The notes below the pieces were generated by a model. The model was given only the letters and a program-made list of their open reading frames with translations, had not been told where the DNA came from and did no database searches. A DNA stretch of 64,000 nt from Dehalococcoidia bacterium (lineage in GTDB: Bacteria > Chloroflexota > Dehalococcoidia > Lucifugimonadales > UBA3495). The stretch's first letter is position 1. Each line of letters starts with the position of its first letter. Location: contig OZ244251.1 of NCBI GenBank assembly GCA_965217175.1, forward strand, positions 3,346,686 through 3,410,685. The letters are read 5' to 3'. Positions 29,640-38,180 of this stretch are shown here, in pieces. A program made the translations under genes and the position numbers.

Positions 29640-30419
29640 TTACAACCTTGGGGCCCGTTTCTCCAGAAATGCGGTCATTGCCTCGTTAGGATGCGGGGTA
29701 GCAAAGCACAAGGCAAAGGCCTTGATGCTGTACTGCGCCGCTTCTTCCTCGCCCAGCTCCAACCATCTGGAAACAACCTCTTTTTGTGTCGCCAGAATGT
29801 AACGGCTCATTCCCAAAAACTCCCGAGCCGCGTCCAGCGCGCTTTGCCCCAACTGATCCCCGCGTACGATCCGGTCTATCAGACCAATCCGCAGGGCTTC
29901 CTGCGCGTTAACTGTCTCACCCGTGAGCAACAATCTGCGCGCTCTGCCCAGTCCCACGGTGCGCGGCAACAACGACGCCTCGATAACGGATGGCAGTCCC
30001 ACCTTCACTTCGGGCAGGCCAAAAATAGCGTCATCGGTGGCGATGCGCGTGTCGCAAGCCAGAGCCACTTCCAGCGCTCCGCCCAGGCATGGCCCCCGTA
30101 TCGCGGCCACCACCGGCAACGGGGCGTGGAGCAGACACCGCGCTGCAGCGTGCAGTGTGCGAATGAATGCTTCGGCCTGCAATGGATTGAGGTCTTTCAT
30201 CTCGTGCAGGTCCACACCCGCAGAGAACGCCCGGTCGCCGGCGCCCCGGAGCACGATAGCCCGCAAATCCTGGTCGTCGCAACACTGGCTGACCCTCTGG
30301 TTCAGCGCCTGAAACACAGCACGACCCAGCAAATTCAGATGCGTTCGGCCCTCGATGGATAGCGTGGCGATGCCGTCCGATTCGTCCAGATGCACTCCGG
30401 TGTGGTTGTCAGTCGCCAT
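29640..30419 (-). CDS. enoyl-CoA hydratase/isomerase (crotonase) family protein
   Basis: IATLSIEG...RAIVLRGAGDRAFSAGVDLHEM...PVVAAIRGPCLGGALEVALACDTRIA...FGLPEVKVGL. Start at MATDNHTG (ATG 30419), an 11-nt overlap with the upstream hydrolase. Confidence 0.85.
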   Translation of the reverse strand: MATDNHTGVHLDESDGIATLSIEGRTHLNLLGRAVFQALNQRVSQCCDDQDLRAIVLRGAGDRAFSAGVDLHEMKDLNPLQAEAFIRTLHAAARCLLHAPLPVVAAIRGPCLGGALEVALACDTRIATDDAIFGLPEVKVGLPSVIEASLLPRTVGLGRARRLLLTGETVNAQEALRIGLIDRIVRGDQLGQSALDAAREFLGMSRYILATQKEVVSRWLELGEEEAAQYSIKAFALCFATPHPNEAMTAFLEKRAPRL

Positions 30420-31224
30420 CCGCGACTCCGGCGCTGGCCGCTGCCCGAGCCGGCAATGGCGCGGCGTTTTCGATGAACCGGAACACCTCGAAATTAAAGA
30501 TGTCGGGTTTTTCGAAGTACACCGAGTGACCCGCCTCCGGTACCCGCAGCAACTGGGCGCCCGGTATCGACCGCGCCCCCGCTTCAATTACTGCCGGAGG
30601 CGAAATAGCGTCATCCTCCCCGACGAAGAAGAGCACCGGCATGGACAAGCCGCCGACTGCCGCTGCGCCGGGCCCGATCGGCTGGCCTCCCGGAGGATCC
30701 TGCCGGGGTGGGTTGGTGCGCGATATCTGCAGGTACAGGTTGGCTAGGTTGGGTTCCCTCTGGACAAACAGAGGAGAAACGGCCCGGTATCCTATCTCGC
30801 CGCTTGCCGTGTGGCTCTCCCTCCAAATGCGCTGCTGTTCCAGCACTTCGGGCACCTCCATCCCTCCAACGGTGTCTGCCATCACCAGGCTCCGGACGCG
30901 ATGCGGATACTCGACCGCGAAACCCAGCATTGATCGCCCACCCATCGATTGGGCCACCAGGTGGGCAGTCTCGATCCCCAAATGATCCAGCAACCCCCGC
31001 ACATCGTCTACAAAGGCGTTGGGGCCGGGCCCTCCCGGCGCGTCGTAAGAATGCCCGAAACCTCGCTGGTCAAACGTGACGCAACGGTAACGCTGGGAGA
31101 AGAATGGTATCTGTTGCCACCAGCTCAGCAGGTTTCCGCCGGCGCCGTGGGCGAACACGATAGCCTCCCCTTCGCCGTAGCTCTGGTAGTGTAGGTCGAT
31201 TCCGTTGATTTTTGCGCTGCTCAT
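30409..31224 (-). CDS. alpha/beta-fold hydrolase
   Basis: INGIDLHYQSYGEGEAIVFAHGAGGN...FDQRGFGHS, nucleophile elbow VAQSMGG, and C-terminal GHSVYFEKP. Start at MSSAKING (ATG 31224). Confidence 0.85.
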   Translation of the reverse strand: MSSAKINGIDLHYQSYGEGEAIVFAHGAGGNLLSWWQQIPFFSQRYRCVTFDQRGFGHSYDAPGGPGPNAFVDDVRGLLDHLGIETAHLVAQSMGGRSMLGFAVEYPHRVRSLVMADTVGGMEVPEVLEQQRIWRESHTASGEIGYRAVSPLFVQREPNLANLYLQISRTNPPRQDPPGGQPIGPGAAAVGGLSMPVLFFVGEDDAISPPAVIEAGARSIPGAQLLRVPEAGHSVYFEKPDIFNFEVFRFIENAAPLPARAAASAGVADGD

Positions 31225-31688
31225 GGTGCACCTCACGGCTGCAGATTTGGAGCCCCAGTGTTTCGAACGATGATACCAGCCATTTTGCACATTGGATGAC
31301 GCTATCGTCATAGCGTGTTGCGGGAAGTTGATCCAATCGGAGCCCTCAAAACCGGGGATACGCAGCCAGTCCGCGAAGTGAGCGCTTCGACGGCCAAAGG
31401 CGCATTTTGGTTAATGACAAACGCCGTCTAAAAACGCCAGGCGCGACCCGTTCCACGCGCCTTGCGTCCATATATCGGTCGACTCAGCGGCTATTTGGAA
31501 AAACCGGCGTGGAGGGAGCAGACCAGCCTTCTCGTTGGTTCGCCCGCGCCATCGGCAGTTTGCGAGTGTGAGATTTAGCCACCACGGGACCCGAACGGTG
31601 TTAGACTGGCGAGATGCAGTTCCCGTCCGCTCCCCGGCTAAACTGGGCCGGCGGCTTGTATGCTAACCAGACACCCAGGGAGGAAATC

Positions 31689-32246
31689 ATGGCCAGAACC
31701 CCCAACGTAACCCGACAGTCCGTCCCGGAACATGAACGCGGGGCATTCGACACCTTTGTCGCCGATCGCGGTGAAGTGCCCACCACGGGTCCGGGTTCTG
31801 TAATGCTGAACGCTCCCGAAGTGGCGCAGCGTGCTCTCGGCCTCGCACTTTATTTGCGTACCGACACGTCGCTGGAACCGCGCATTAGAGAGTTGGCTAT
31901 GTTGCTGACGGCCCGCGAAAATGACTGTCAGTTCATCTGGAACGCCCATGCGCCGCCGGCTCGCCGTGCTGGCTTGCGCGACGAAATCGTCGATGCCCTC
32001 CGCGAACGGCGGGAGTTGCCCAATCCGTCCGCAGACGAAATCGCCGTGGTGAACTACGGGCGGGAATTCTTCCGGACCAGAAAGGTAAGCCAAACCGCCT
32101 TCGACGCCGCGGTCGCCCATTTTGGTATCCCGGGAGTAACCGAATTAACCACCCTCATGGGCTGCTACACAATGCTCGCATTCAACGTCAACGCCTTTGG
32201 TGTCGAGCTTCCGGATGAACTCGTCGAGGTCCCATTGCCCATCTAA
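31689..32246 (+). CDS. carboxymuconolactone decarboxylase (AhpD-like) family protein
   Basis: RELAMLLTARENDCQFIWNAHAPPARRAG has the CMD-family core: Cys ... His present, second Cys replaced. GGGAGGA RBS before ATG 31689. Confidence 0.75.
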   Translation: MARTPNVTRQSVPEHERGAFDTFVADRGEVPTTGPGSVMLNAPEVAQRALGLALYLRTDTSLEPRIRELAMLLTARENDCQFIWNAHAPPARRAGLRDEIVDALRERRELPNPSADEIAVVNYGREFFRTRKVSQTAFDAAVAHFGIPGVTELTTLMGCYTMLAFNVNAFGVELPDELVEVPLPI

Positions 32247-32299
32247 CCCGTCGGCGCGGCGCATCATCACTGCGCCGAAACTATTTCTGTTTTGGAGGA

Positions 32300-33307
32300 A
32301 TGGACATGTCCACTCAGCGCGATGTATGGCTCGCCCAAACCGTCGAAGACGCCATGGAACCCGGCCTGCCCATTTGCGACCCACACCATCATTTCTGGGA
32401 TCGTGATGGCGACCGCTACATGCTGGAACAGCTCACGGAGGACGTGAGCGGTGGACACAACATTGCCCAGACCGTTTTCATAGAATGCCACTCCATGTAC
32501 CGGGCTCACGGGCCCGACGAGATGCGTTCCGTCGGTGAGATCGAATTCGTCCAGGGGATTGCCGCCCAGAGCGCCAGCGGCCAATACGGCCCCACCGAGG
32601 TTGCAGCCGGAATCGTAGGTAACGCCAATCTCATGCTGGGATCTGCCGTGCAGCCGGCGCTGGAAGCCCTTATTGCGGCCAGCAGCAACCGGTTCCGGGG
32701 CATCCGTTTCTCCTGCGGCTGGGATGCCAGCCCCCAGGTCTCTCCGGGGAGTCCCAACACGCCCGGGATGCTCATGGATTCGCGCCTCAGGGAGGGGTTC
32801 AACTGTCTGCGTAATCTGGGCCTGAGCTTCGATGCCCTGGTGTACCACACCCAGTTGGCCGACCTGGCCGACCTGGCGGGTGCGTTTCCCGACGCAACGA
32901 TCATACTGAATCACATTGGCCGACCCCTGGGCGTCGGTCCCTATGCCGGCAAGCGGGATGAGGTCTTTGCCGACTGGCAGAAGGGAATCGCTGCCGTGGC
33001 CGAACACGAAAACGTGGTGGTAAAACTGGGTGGGTTCGGCAACGTTATCAGCGGTTACGACTGGCACCAGCGCCCCATCCCTCCGACGTCGACGGAACTG
33101 GCCGACACCATCGCTCCGTGGATTATGTACTGTATCGAACAGTTTGGGCCCGAACGCTGCATGTTCGAAAGCAACTTCCCCGTAGATAAAAATTCGTACG
33201 CTTACACCAACGGTTGGAACGCGTTCAAGCGTGTCACTGCCGGGTTTTCGGATCCGGAAAAAGCCGCCATGTTTCAGGGAACCGCTGTGAAAGCCTATCG
33301 ACTCTAA
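32300..33307 (+). CDS. amidohydrolase-2 (ACMSD/metal-dependent hydrolase) family protein
   Basis: ICDPHHHFWD metal-binding start, ...IILNHIGRP..., ...MFESNFPVDK. GGAGGA RBS. Confidence 0.85.
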   Translation: MDMSTQRDVWLAQTVEDAMEPGLPICDPHHHFWDRDGDRYMLEQLTEDVSGGHNIAQTVFIECHSMYRAHGPDEMRSVGEIEFVQGIAAQSASGQYGPTEVAAGIVGNANLMLGSAVQPALEALIAASSNRFRGIRFSCGWDASPQVSPGSPNTPGMLMDSRLREGFNCLRNLGLSFDALVYHTQLADLADLAGAFPDATIILNHIGRPLGVGPYAGKRDEVFADWQKGIAAVAEHENVVVKLGGFGNVISGYDWHQRPIPPTSTELADTIAPWIMYCIEQFGPERCMFESNFPVDKNSYAYTNGWNAFKRVTAGFSDPEKAAMFQGTAVKAYRL

Positions 33308-33362
33308 CCGGTTATCGAATCGCCGATTCCCAAACCGAAACGACACGACACTGGAGGACAGC

Positions 33363-34280
33363 ATGGCACTGCAATGGGAGCACGTCGCGGGACCATTCAG
33401 CCGTTTGACCGAGGGGCCGGCTTGGGATGGCGCCCGGATGCTTTTCACCTACATCCCAGCCAGCCGGATCATGGCCTACAATCCCGAATCCGGCGAATGC
33501 AGCATTTATCGGGAGAATACCAACCATACCAACGGCCTGGCGTTCGACGCCGAAGGCCGCCTGTACGGTTGCTGCTCGGGCGGACGCTCCATCGTTCGCT
33601 TCGAATCCGATGGCAGCACTACCACCATTGTTGATCGCCTGGACGGACAGCGCCTCAACACGCCCAACGACCTCGCCATCGACCGGCAGGGGCGCATCTG
33701 GTTCAGTAACCCCTGGAACGCTGGCAACACCGACCCCAGCGAACAGCAGGAGATCGCGAACCGCGACATCCTGCGCGCCGACCCCCAACCCGATGGCAGC
33801 TACACGTGCCAGCGCATGACCTTCGACACCACCGGAACCAACGGCCTTCTCGTCTCCCCCGATGAGCGTAGCTTGTACATCATCCAGACCGACGCCGATC
33901 CCGGTGGAGTGAGAGAACTGCGTTCTTACCCAATCAATGATGACGGGACGCTGGGCCAGTACATCGTGCTGCATCAATTCGGCGACGACCATCGCGGCCC
34001 ACAACGCGGCATCGACGGCATGTGTCTAGATTCGGAAGGAAACATCGTGGGGAGCGCCGGCAACTATGCGAGCGGCCCGGGGCCAATGATTTACGTCTGG
34101 ACTCCTCAAGGTCGCGTCCTGGAAACGTATCCCATGCCGGTGGGAGTCGATATGCCAACCAACTGTGCGTATGGCGACGCCGACCAGAGCAGCCTGTATG
34201 TAACGACTCTCGGCGGGCGCCTCCTGCGTTTGCGAAACACCGGCCGCCGCGGATGGATAATGTGGCCGCCGGTTCGCTAG
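33363..34280 (+). CDS. SMP-30/gluconolactonase/LRE-family protein
   Basis: LTEGPAWDG..., TNGLAFDAEGRLY, LNTPNDLAIDRQGRIWFSNP, GIDGMCLDSEGNI, TNCAYGD...LYVT: six-bladed propeller lactonase motifs. Confidence 0.88.
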   Translation: MALQWEHVAGPFSRLTEGPAWDGARMLFTYIPASRIMAYNPESGECSIYRENTNHTNGLAFDAEGRLYGCCSGGRSIVRFESDGSTTTIVDRLDGQRLNTPNDLAIDRQGRIWFSNPWNAGNTDPSEQQEIANRDILRADPQPDGSYTCQRMTFDTTGTNGLLVSPDERSLYIIQTDADPGGVRELRSYPINDDGTLGQYIVLHQFGDDHRGPQRGIDGMCLDSEGNIVGSAGNYASGPGPMIYVWTPQGRVLETYPMPVGVDMPTNCAYGDADQSSLYVTTLGGRLLRLRNTGRRGWIMWPPVR

Positions 34281-34352
34281 CGCATCTCGCGTAATTGCGG
34301 CGCGCGGCGACCAAACCGGAACGGCGATAACCTTGCAATTGAGGAAAGAATC

Positions 34353-35891
34353 ATGAAATACGACGTCATTGTAATCGGCGCCGGTTCGGCGGGTTGCGTT
34401 GTTGCCGCTCGTTTGTCAGAAGACCCAAACCGCTCGGTGCTACTGCTGGAAGCAGGGCCCGACTATCCCGACTTCGAGCATTACCCCGAAGATTTGAAGT
34501 TCGGTTACAACGCCACCGCATCTCAACCGGGAGCACCCCACAACTGGTCATTCCAGGCCCGGGGTCGTCCCGAGCAAACCGAGCCCATGCCGGTTCCCCG
34601 GGGCAAAGTAGTCGGCGGCACCAGCGCGATTAACGGCCAGGTGTTGCTGCGCGGCGTTCCCGAAGATTACGACTCCTGGGCTGCCATGGGTAACGATGAG
34701 TGGGCATACGTGAACGTGTTGCCCTATTTCAGAAAGTTGGAAACCGATACCGACATTCGCGATGATTTTCACGGCACGGACGGTCCTATCCCGGTGCGCC
34801 GTTTCCAGAAACCCGACTGGTTGCCATTCCAGCAAGCCTTTTTCCAGGCCGCCGTTGACGCCGGATACCCTGAAGATGCCGACATGAACCATCCGGAATC
34901 CGGCGGAGTCGGCCCCATTCCCATGAACAACCCCAACGGCATACGAATGAGCACGGGTCTCACCTACATAAACCCAAACCGCCATCGGCTCAACCTGACC
35001 GTTCGTGGCAATGTTATGGTCCGGCGAATTTTGTTCGCCCGCAACACCGTGTGGGGCGTTGAAGTCGAGAGTGGCGGGGATATCTTTCAGTTGGAAGCGA
35101 ACGAAATAGTGCTCAGCGCCGGCGCCATCGCATCACCGCAAATCCTCATGCTGTCCGGTGTGGGTCCGGCAGACCACCTGCGCAGCCTGGGGATTCCAGT
35201 CGTGCATGACTCGCCCGGCGTCGGCAAGAATTTCAGAGACCACCCCATGGCGCCCGTCCGTCTCCGCGTCAAGGACGATTTTCCCCAGGACCCTGATGCT
35301 CCCAGAATCCAGGCCGCCCTTCGTTACACCTCCAGCGCGAACAATCTACGCAACGACATCCAGATCATGCCTTCTTCCTTCTCCTTCCCGTTGGGCGGCG
35401 ACCCCCTGGAAGGTGAGGGCGTACGTTTCTCCTGCATCCTGGAACTGGCGGCTGGCAAGGGCGAAATCACTCTCGCCTCCGCTGATCCCGGCGACCAACC
35501 GAACCTTTACTACGGTTTCCTGGAAGAACCTTCCGACCGCGAGCGGTTGCGGGAGGCCGTGAGAATCTGCTTCGGCTTGCTGGAGCATCCGGCATTCAAT
35601 GATATTGTCGACGGACCCTTGACACCCACGGAGGAAGAACTGGCTTCCGACGAGGCGTTGGACGACTGGCTCAATAAAAATGTTACTACGTCCCAACATC
35701 TGGCCGGCACGTGCAAGATGGGTCCCGACTCAGACCCGATGGCCGTTGTCGACCAGTTCTGCAGGGTGCGCGGCGTGCATGGATTACGTGTGGCCGACAC
35801 GTCCGTAATGCCGGACGTCGTCCGCGCCAACACCAACACCACCGCCATGACCATCGGCGAGCGCGTTGCCGATTGGGTGAAGAGCCAATAG
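34353..35891 (+). CDS. GMC-family FAD-dependent oxidoreductase, paralogue 2
   Basis: MKYDVIVIGAGSAGCVVAARLSEDPNRSVLLLEAGPDYP... It is collinear with 23075-24622 along the whole length, roughly 55-65% identical by eye. Confidence 0.9.
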   Translation: MKYDVIVIGAGSAGCVVAARLSEDPNRSVLLLEAGPDYPDFEHYPEDLKFGYNATASQPGAPHNWSFQARGRPEQTEPMPVPRGKVVGGTSAINGQVLLRGVPEDYDSWAAMGNDEWAYVNVLPYFRKLETDTDIRDDFHGTDGPIPVRRFQKPDWLPFQQAFFQAAVDAGYPEDADMNHPESGGVGPIPMNNPNGIRMSTGLTYINPNRHRLNLTVRGNVMVRRILFARNTVWGVEVESGGDIFQLEANEIVLSAGAIASPQILMLSGVGPADHLRSLGIPVVHDSPGVGKNFRDHPMAPVRLRVKDDFPQDPDAPRIQAALRYTSSANNLRNDIQIMPSSFSFPLGGDPLEGEGVRFSCILELAAGKGEITLASADPGDQPNLYYGFLEEPSDRERLREAVRICFGLLEHPAFNDIVDGPLTPTEEELASDEALDDWLNKNVTTSQHLAGTCKMGPDSDPMAVVDQFCRVRGVHGLRVADTSVMPDVVRANTNTTAMTIGERVADWVKSQ

Positions 35892-35984
35892 CGTCCAACC
35901 GCGATCAACAGCCACGACCGCTGCGCCTACGACAAATCTGGCGGCCCCGCCGGTACATTTGACCCATCGGTGGGGTTTTGCCAG

Positions 35985-36040
35985 TGGCTTTCTCGCTCTG
36001 CCATTGCGAGGAACGCCGCGACACCGCAATCTCGCTGGTA
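35985..36040. repeat. diverged copy of the CATTGCGAGG...GCGAC...GCAA.CTCG repeat core
   Basis: GGCTTTCTCGCTCTGCCATTGCGAGGAACGCCGCGACACCGCAATCTCGCTGG aligns with 47557-47606 (CTTTAATCTGTCATTGCGAGGAGCATAGCGACGTGGCAACCTCGATGAG). ATTGCG/CGCAAT can form a hairpin. Confidence 0.45.
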
Positions 36041-36205
36041 TTAGGCGGTGACGACCTGTGCCCGTTGTGATTTCCTGGAAGCATGATGCCCTGAAATCCA
36101 TTGCCCGTTCGTGGACACTGCCCGGCACCCCTTGATATGATTGGACATCCCGTCATCTGCTCGCATCTTCCACATTCATCTGAGTGAAGAATTACTTTCC
36201 GCGCC

Positions 36206-36233
36206 GAATAATTCCATGCAGAATAATTCCATG
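36206..36233 (+). repeat. 13-nt perfect tandem direct repeat (15-nt period) spanning the start codon region
   Basis: GAATAATTCCATG at 36206-36218 and again at 36221-36233. This creates two in-frame ATGs (36216 and 36231). Confidence 0.8.
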
Positions 36234-36953
36234 ACCCGAAATCTGCCACTCATCCCCGTCGTCCTCTTGGCAATCACGTTGGTCGCAATAATTACGGGTT
36301 GTTCTACGCTCAGAGAACCACCGGCCACTGACGCCAATCAGTCCTTGCCCACCTCGCTCGCAGCCATTGAGGAGTTGGTTGAAACCGTTACAACCGAACC
36401 AGAACCGGTCGGGCCGAAGGTAACAGTGGACGCATCCGCGCTCGATGCGCCTGCCAACACTCCACTACCAACACACACTCCAAGGCCAACGTACACGCCA
36501 CGGCCCAAACCCGCTTCCCCAGGAGAAGGCGAACGCCGTCCCGGCCCGCGATTCGAGGCCGCTCTACTCGATGGCAGTTTGTTTGAATTCGCGGAGACCT
36601 TGGGGACTCCAACGTTGTTAGTTTTCTGGGCTCCCTGGTGACCTTATTGCCAGCGGGAGTTACCCGCTGTACAAGCCCTCTACGCCGAAGAACTCGAAGC
36701 TGCCAGCATCAACGTAGTGGGCGTGTCTCAATTCAACACCACCGAAGCGGCAACCAACGAATTCGTCGATCGGACCGGTTTGTCCTTCCCGAATCTCTTT
36801 GACGAGTCGGCACAACTGGCCGATGCGTATGGAGTTGGTGGCGTGCCCTCTTACGTATTTTTGGACAAAGAAGGACTGGTCGCTTACACCAGTTCCGGCG
36901 CCCGCGGAACCGACCTGATTCGCGCTCTCCTGACCGAACTCAACCGGGAATGA
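36231..36953 (+). CDS. TlpA/ResA-family thiol:disulfide oxidoreductase lipoprotein with an in-frame TGA (36639-36641) at the first Cys of the CxxC motif: candidate selenoprotein (U-P-Y-C), or alternatively a nonsense pseudogene
   Basis: Signal peptide with lipobox ITGC and a Pro/Thr-rich tether. Then ...TLLVFWAPW-TGA-PYCQRELPAVQALY...VGVSQ...FPNLFDE...AYGVGGVPSYVFLDKEG, collinear with ResA/TlpA. The two ORF-track pieces (36141-36641 and 36717-36953) share one frame with no other stop between them. Confidence 0.6.
36647..36674 (+). promoter_or_regulatory. SECIS-like stem-loop immediately 3' of the in-frame UGA
   Basis: UUGC-CAGCGGG-AGUUA-CCCGCUG-UA-CAA. A perfect 7-bp upper stem (36651-36657 / 36663-36669) closes a 5-nt loop containing GU. 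A 3-bp lower extension is possible. The stem starts 9 nt after the UGA. Confidence 0.45.
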
Positions 36954-37138
36954 GCTCTATTTCCGACGACCCCGCTACACTCGTGACCCCGGTGGCTCTT
37001 TCAGCTAGCATTGAGCGCCGCCCAGAACGGTTCGGCATGACAGTAGCCCGTTGCATTCCGGTTGTATGATACGTACAATTGTTCTATAAATCGCGCCTCG
37101 GGCTGTAAGATTACAACCGATGTGATCGGAACGGTGAT

Positions 37139-37393
37139 ATGTTAACCAACCAATTGCCCTCGCCACTATCCGCCACCAAGCCGGCATCCACGCACCGCAG
37201 TAGTCTGCCTGCCGACGCCCACCGCATGATCGCTCGCTGGGAAACCTTGGGACGCCCGTGCATAGATCTGCAACCGGGCATCAGTATCAGCAACCTGGAA
37301 CGGTGGCTGCATAAGTCCCTCCCGGTACCGCGCTCCCACCTGGGCATAGTTCGCGAATACCTTTTTATAGACAGCGCCGACCTGCCATTCTGA
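37139..37393 (+). CDS. hypothetical small protein (84 aa), weakly supported
   Basis: The ORF ends 6-12 nt before the methyltransferase start, which would allow co-transcription. Third-position GC is moderately coding-like. No family recognised, and it overlaps an equally long antisense ORF. Confidence 0.25.
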   Translation: MLTNQLPSPLSATKPASTHRSSLPADAHRMIARWETLGRPCIDLQPGISISNLERWLHKSLPVPRSHLGIVREYLFIDSADLPF

Positions 37394-37399
37394 CGCAGC

Positions 37400-38152
37400 G
37401 TGTCGATGCGGCTCTATAACGATTTGGCTCATCTTTGGCCGATCGTAAGTCCTCCCGAGGAATACGACGTAGAGGCCGCTCTGTGGCTGGACATCATCCG
37501 CCAGCATCATTTCGAACCGGGTGGTCGACCTGGGCGCAAACCCAGGCTGCTCGAATTAGGTTGCGGCGGCGGACACCTGTTGTCCCATCTGACTCAGCAC
37601 GTCGATACCGAAGCAGTTGACATTGCTCCAAAAATGCTGGAGACGTCCCGGCGACTCAACCCACAAACGCGGCACCACCTCGGCGACATGCGAACCGTCA
37701 GGCTCGACAAGTCCTTCGACATCGTTGCCATCCACGACGCAGTGAACTACATGCTCACCGAGGATGACCTCACGGCCGCGATCACGACGGCTGCTCTGCA
37801 CCTGGTTCCCGGCGGCCTGTTGATAATGGCGCCGGACTGCCTCCGGGAGACCTTTCGCGGCCCCCGCGTAATTGACTGGACACGGGGGAACAGCAGCCAA
37901 GACGTCACGTTCATTGAATACATGGCAGACCCCGACCCCAACGACACCGTGATCGAATCGGTGTTCATATTCATTATCGACCGCGACGGGAAGATCACGG
38001 TGGAGCAGGACCGTCATATCAGCGGGTTGTTCTACAAACAAACCTGGCTCGACCTGCTGGACGAGTCCGGGTTTGACGCCGAGTACCGGGAGACCGAAGC
38101 CTACGAGGGCGGGATCGGCGGCCACCTGTTCGTGGGCATCCTCCGCCCCTGA
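37400..38152 (+). CDS. class I SAM-dependent methyltransferase
   Basis: LYNDLAHLWPIVSPPEEYDVEAA..., SAM motif I LLELGCGGGHL, and motif post-I/II ...FDIVAIHDAVNYM. The start is GTG 37400 or, more likely, ATG 37406. Confidence 0.85.
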   Translation: MSMRLYNDLAHLWPIVSPPEEYDVEAALWLDIIRQHHFEPGGRPGRKPRLLELGCGGGHLLSHLTQHVDTEAVDIAPKMLETSRRLNPQTRHHLGDMRTVRLDKSFDIVAIHDAVNYMLTEDDLTAAITTAALHLVPGGLLIMAPDCLRETFRGPRVIDWTRGNSSQDVTFIEYMADPDPNDTVIESVFIFIIDRDGKITVEQDRHISGLFYKQTWLDLLDESGFDAEYRETEAYEGGIGGHLFVGILRP

Positions 38153-38180
38153 ACCCCTGCCCCAGACTCAGCGTAAAATA

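Noticed and set aside
37391-37405. In-frame TGA between the 84-aa ORF and the methyltransferase
   Set aside because: The methyltransferase begins at its normal family N-terminus (MRLYNDLA...). Sharing a frame has a one-in-three chance, and there is no catalytic context for Sec.
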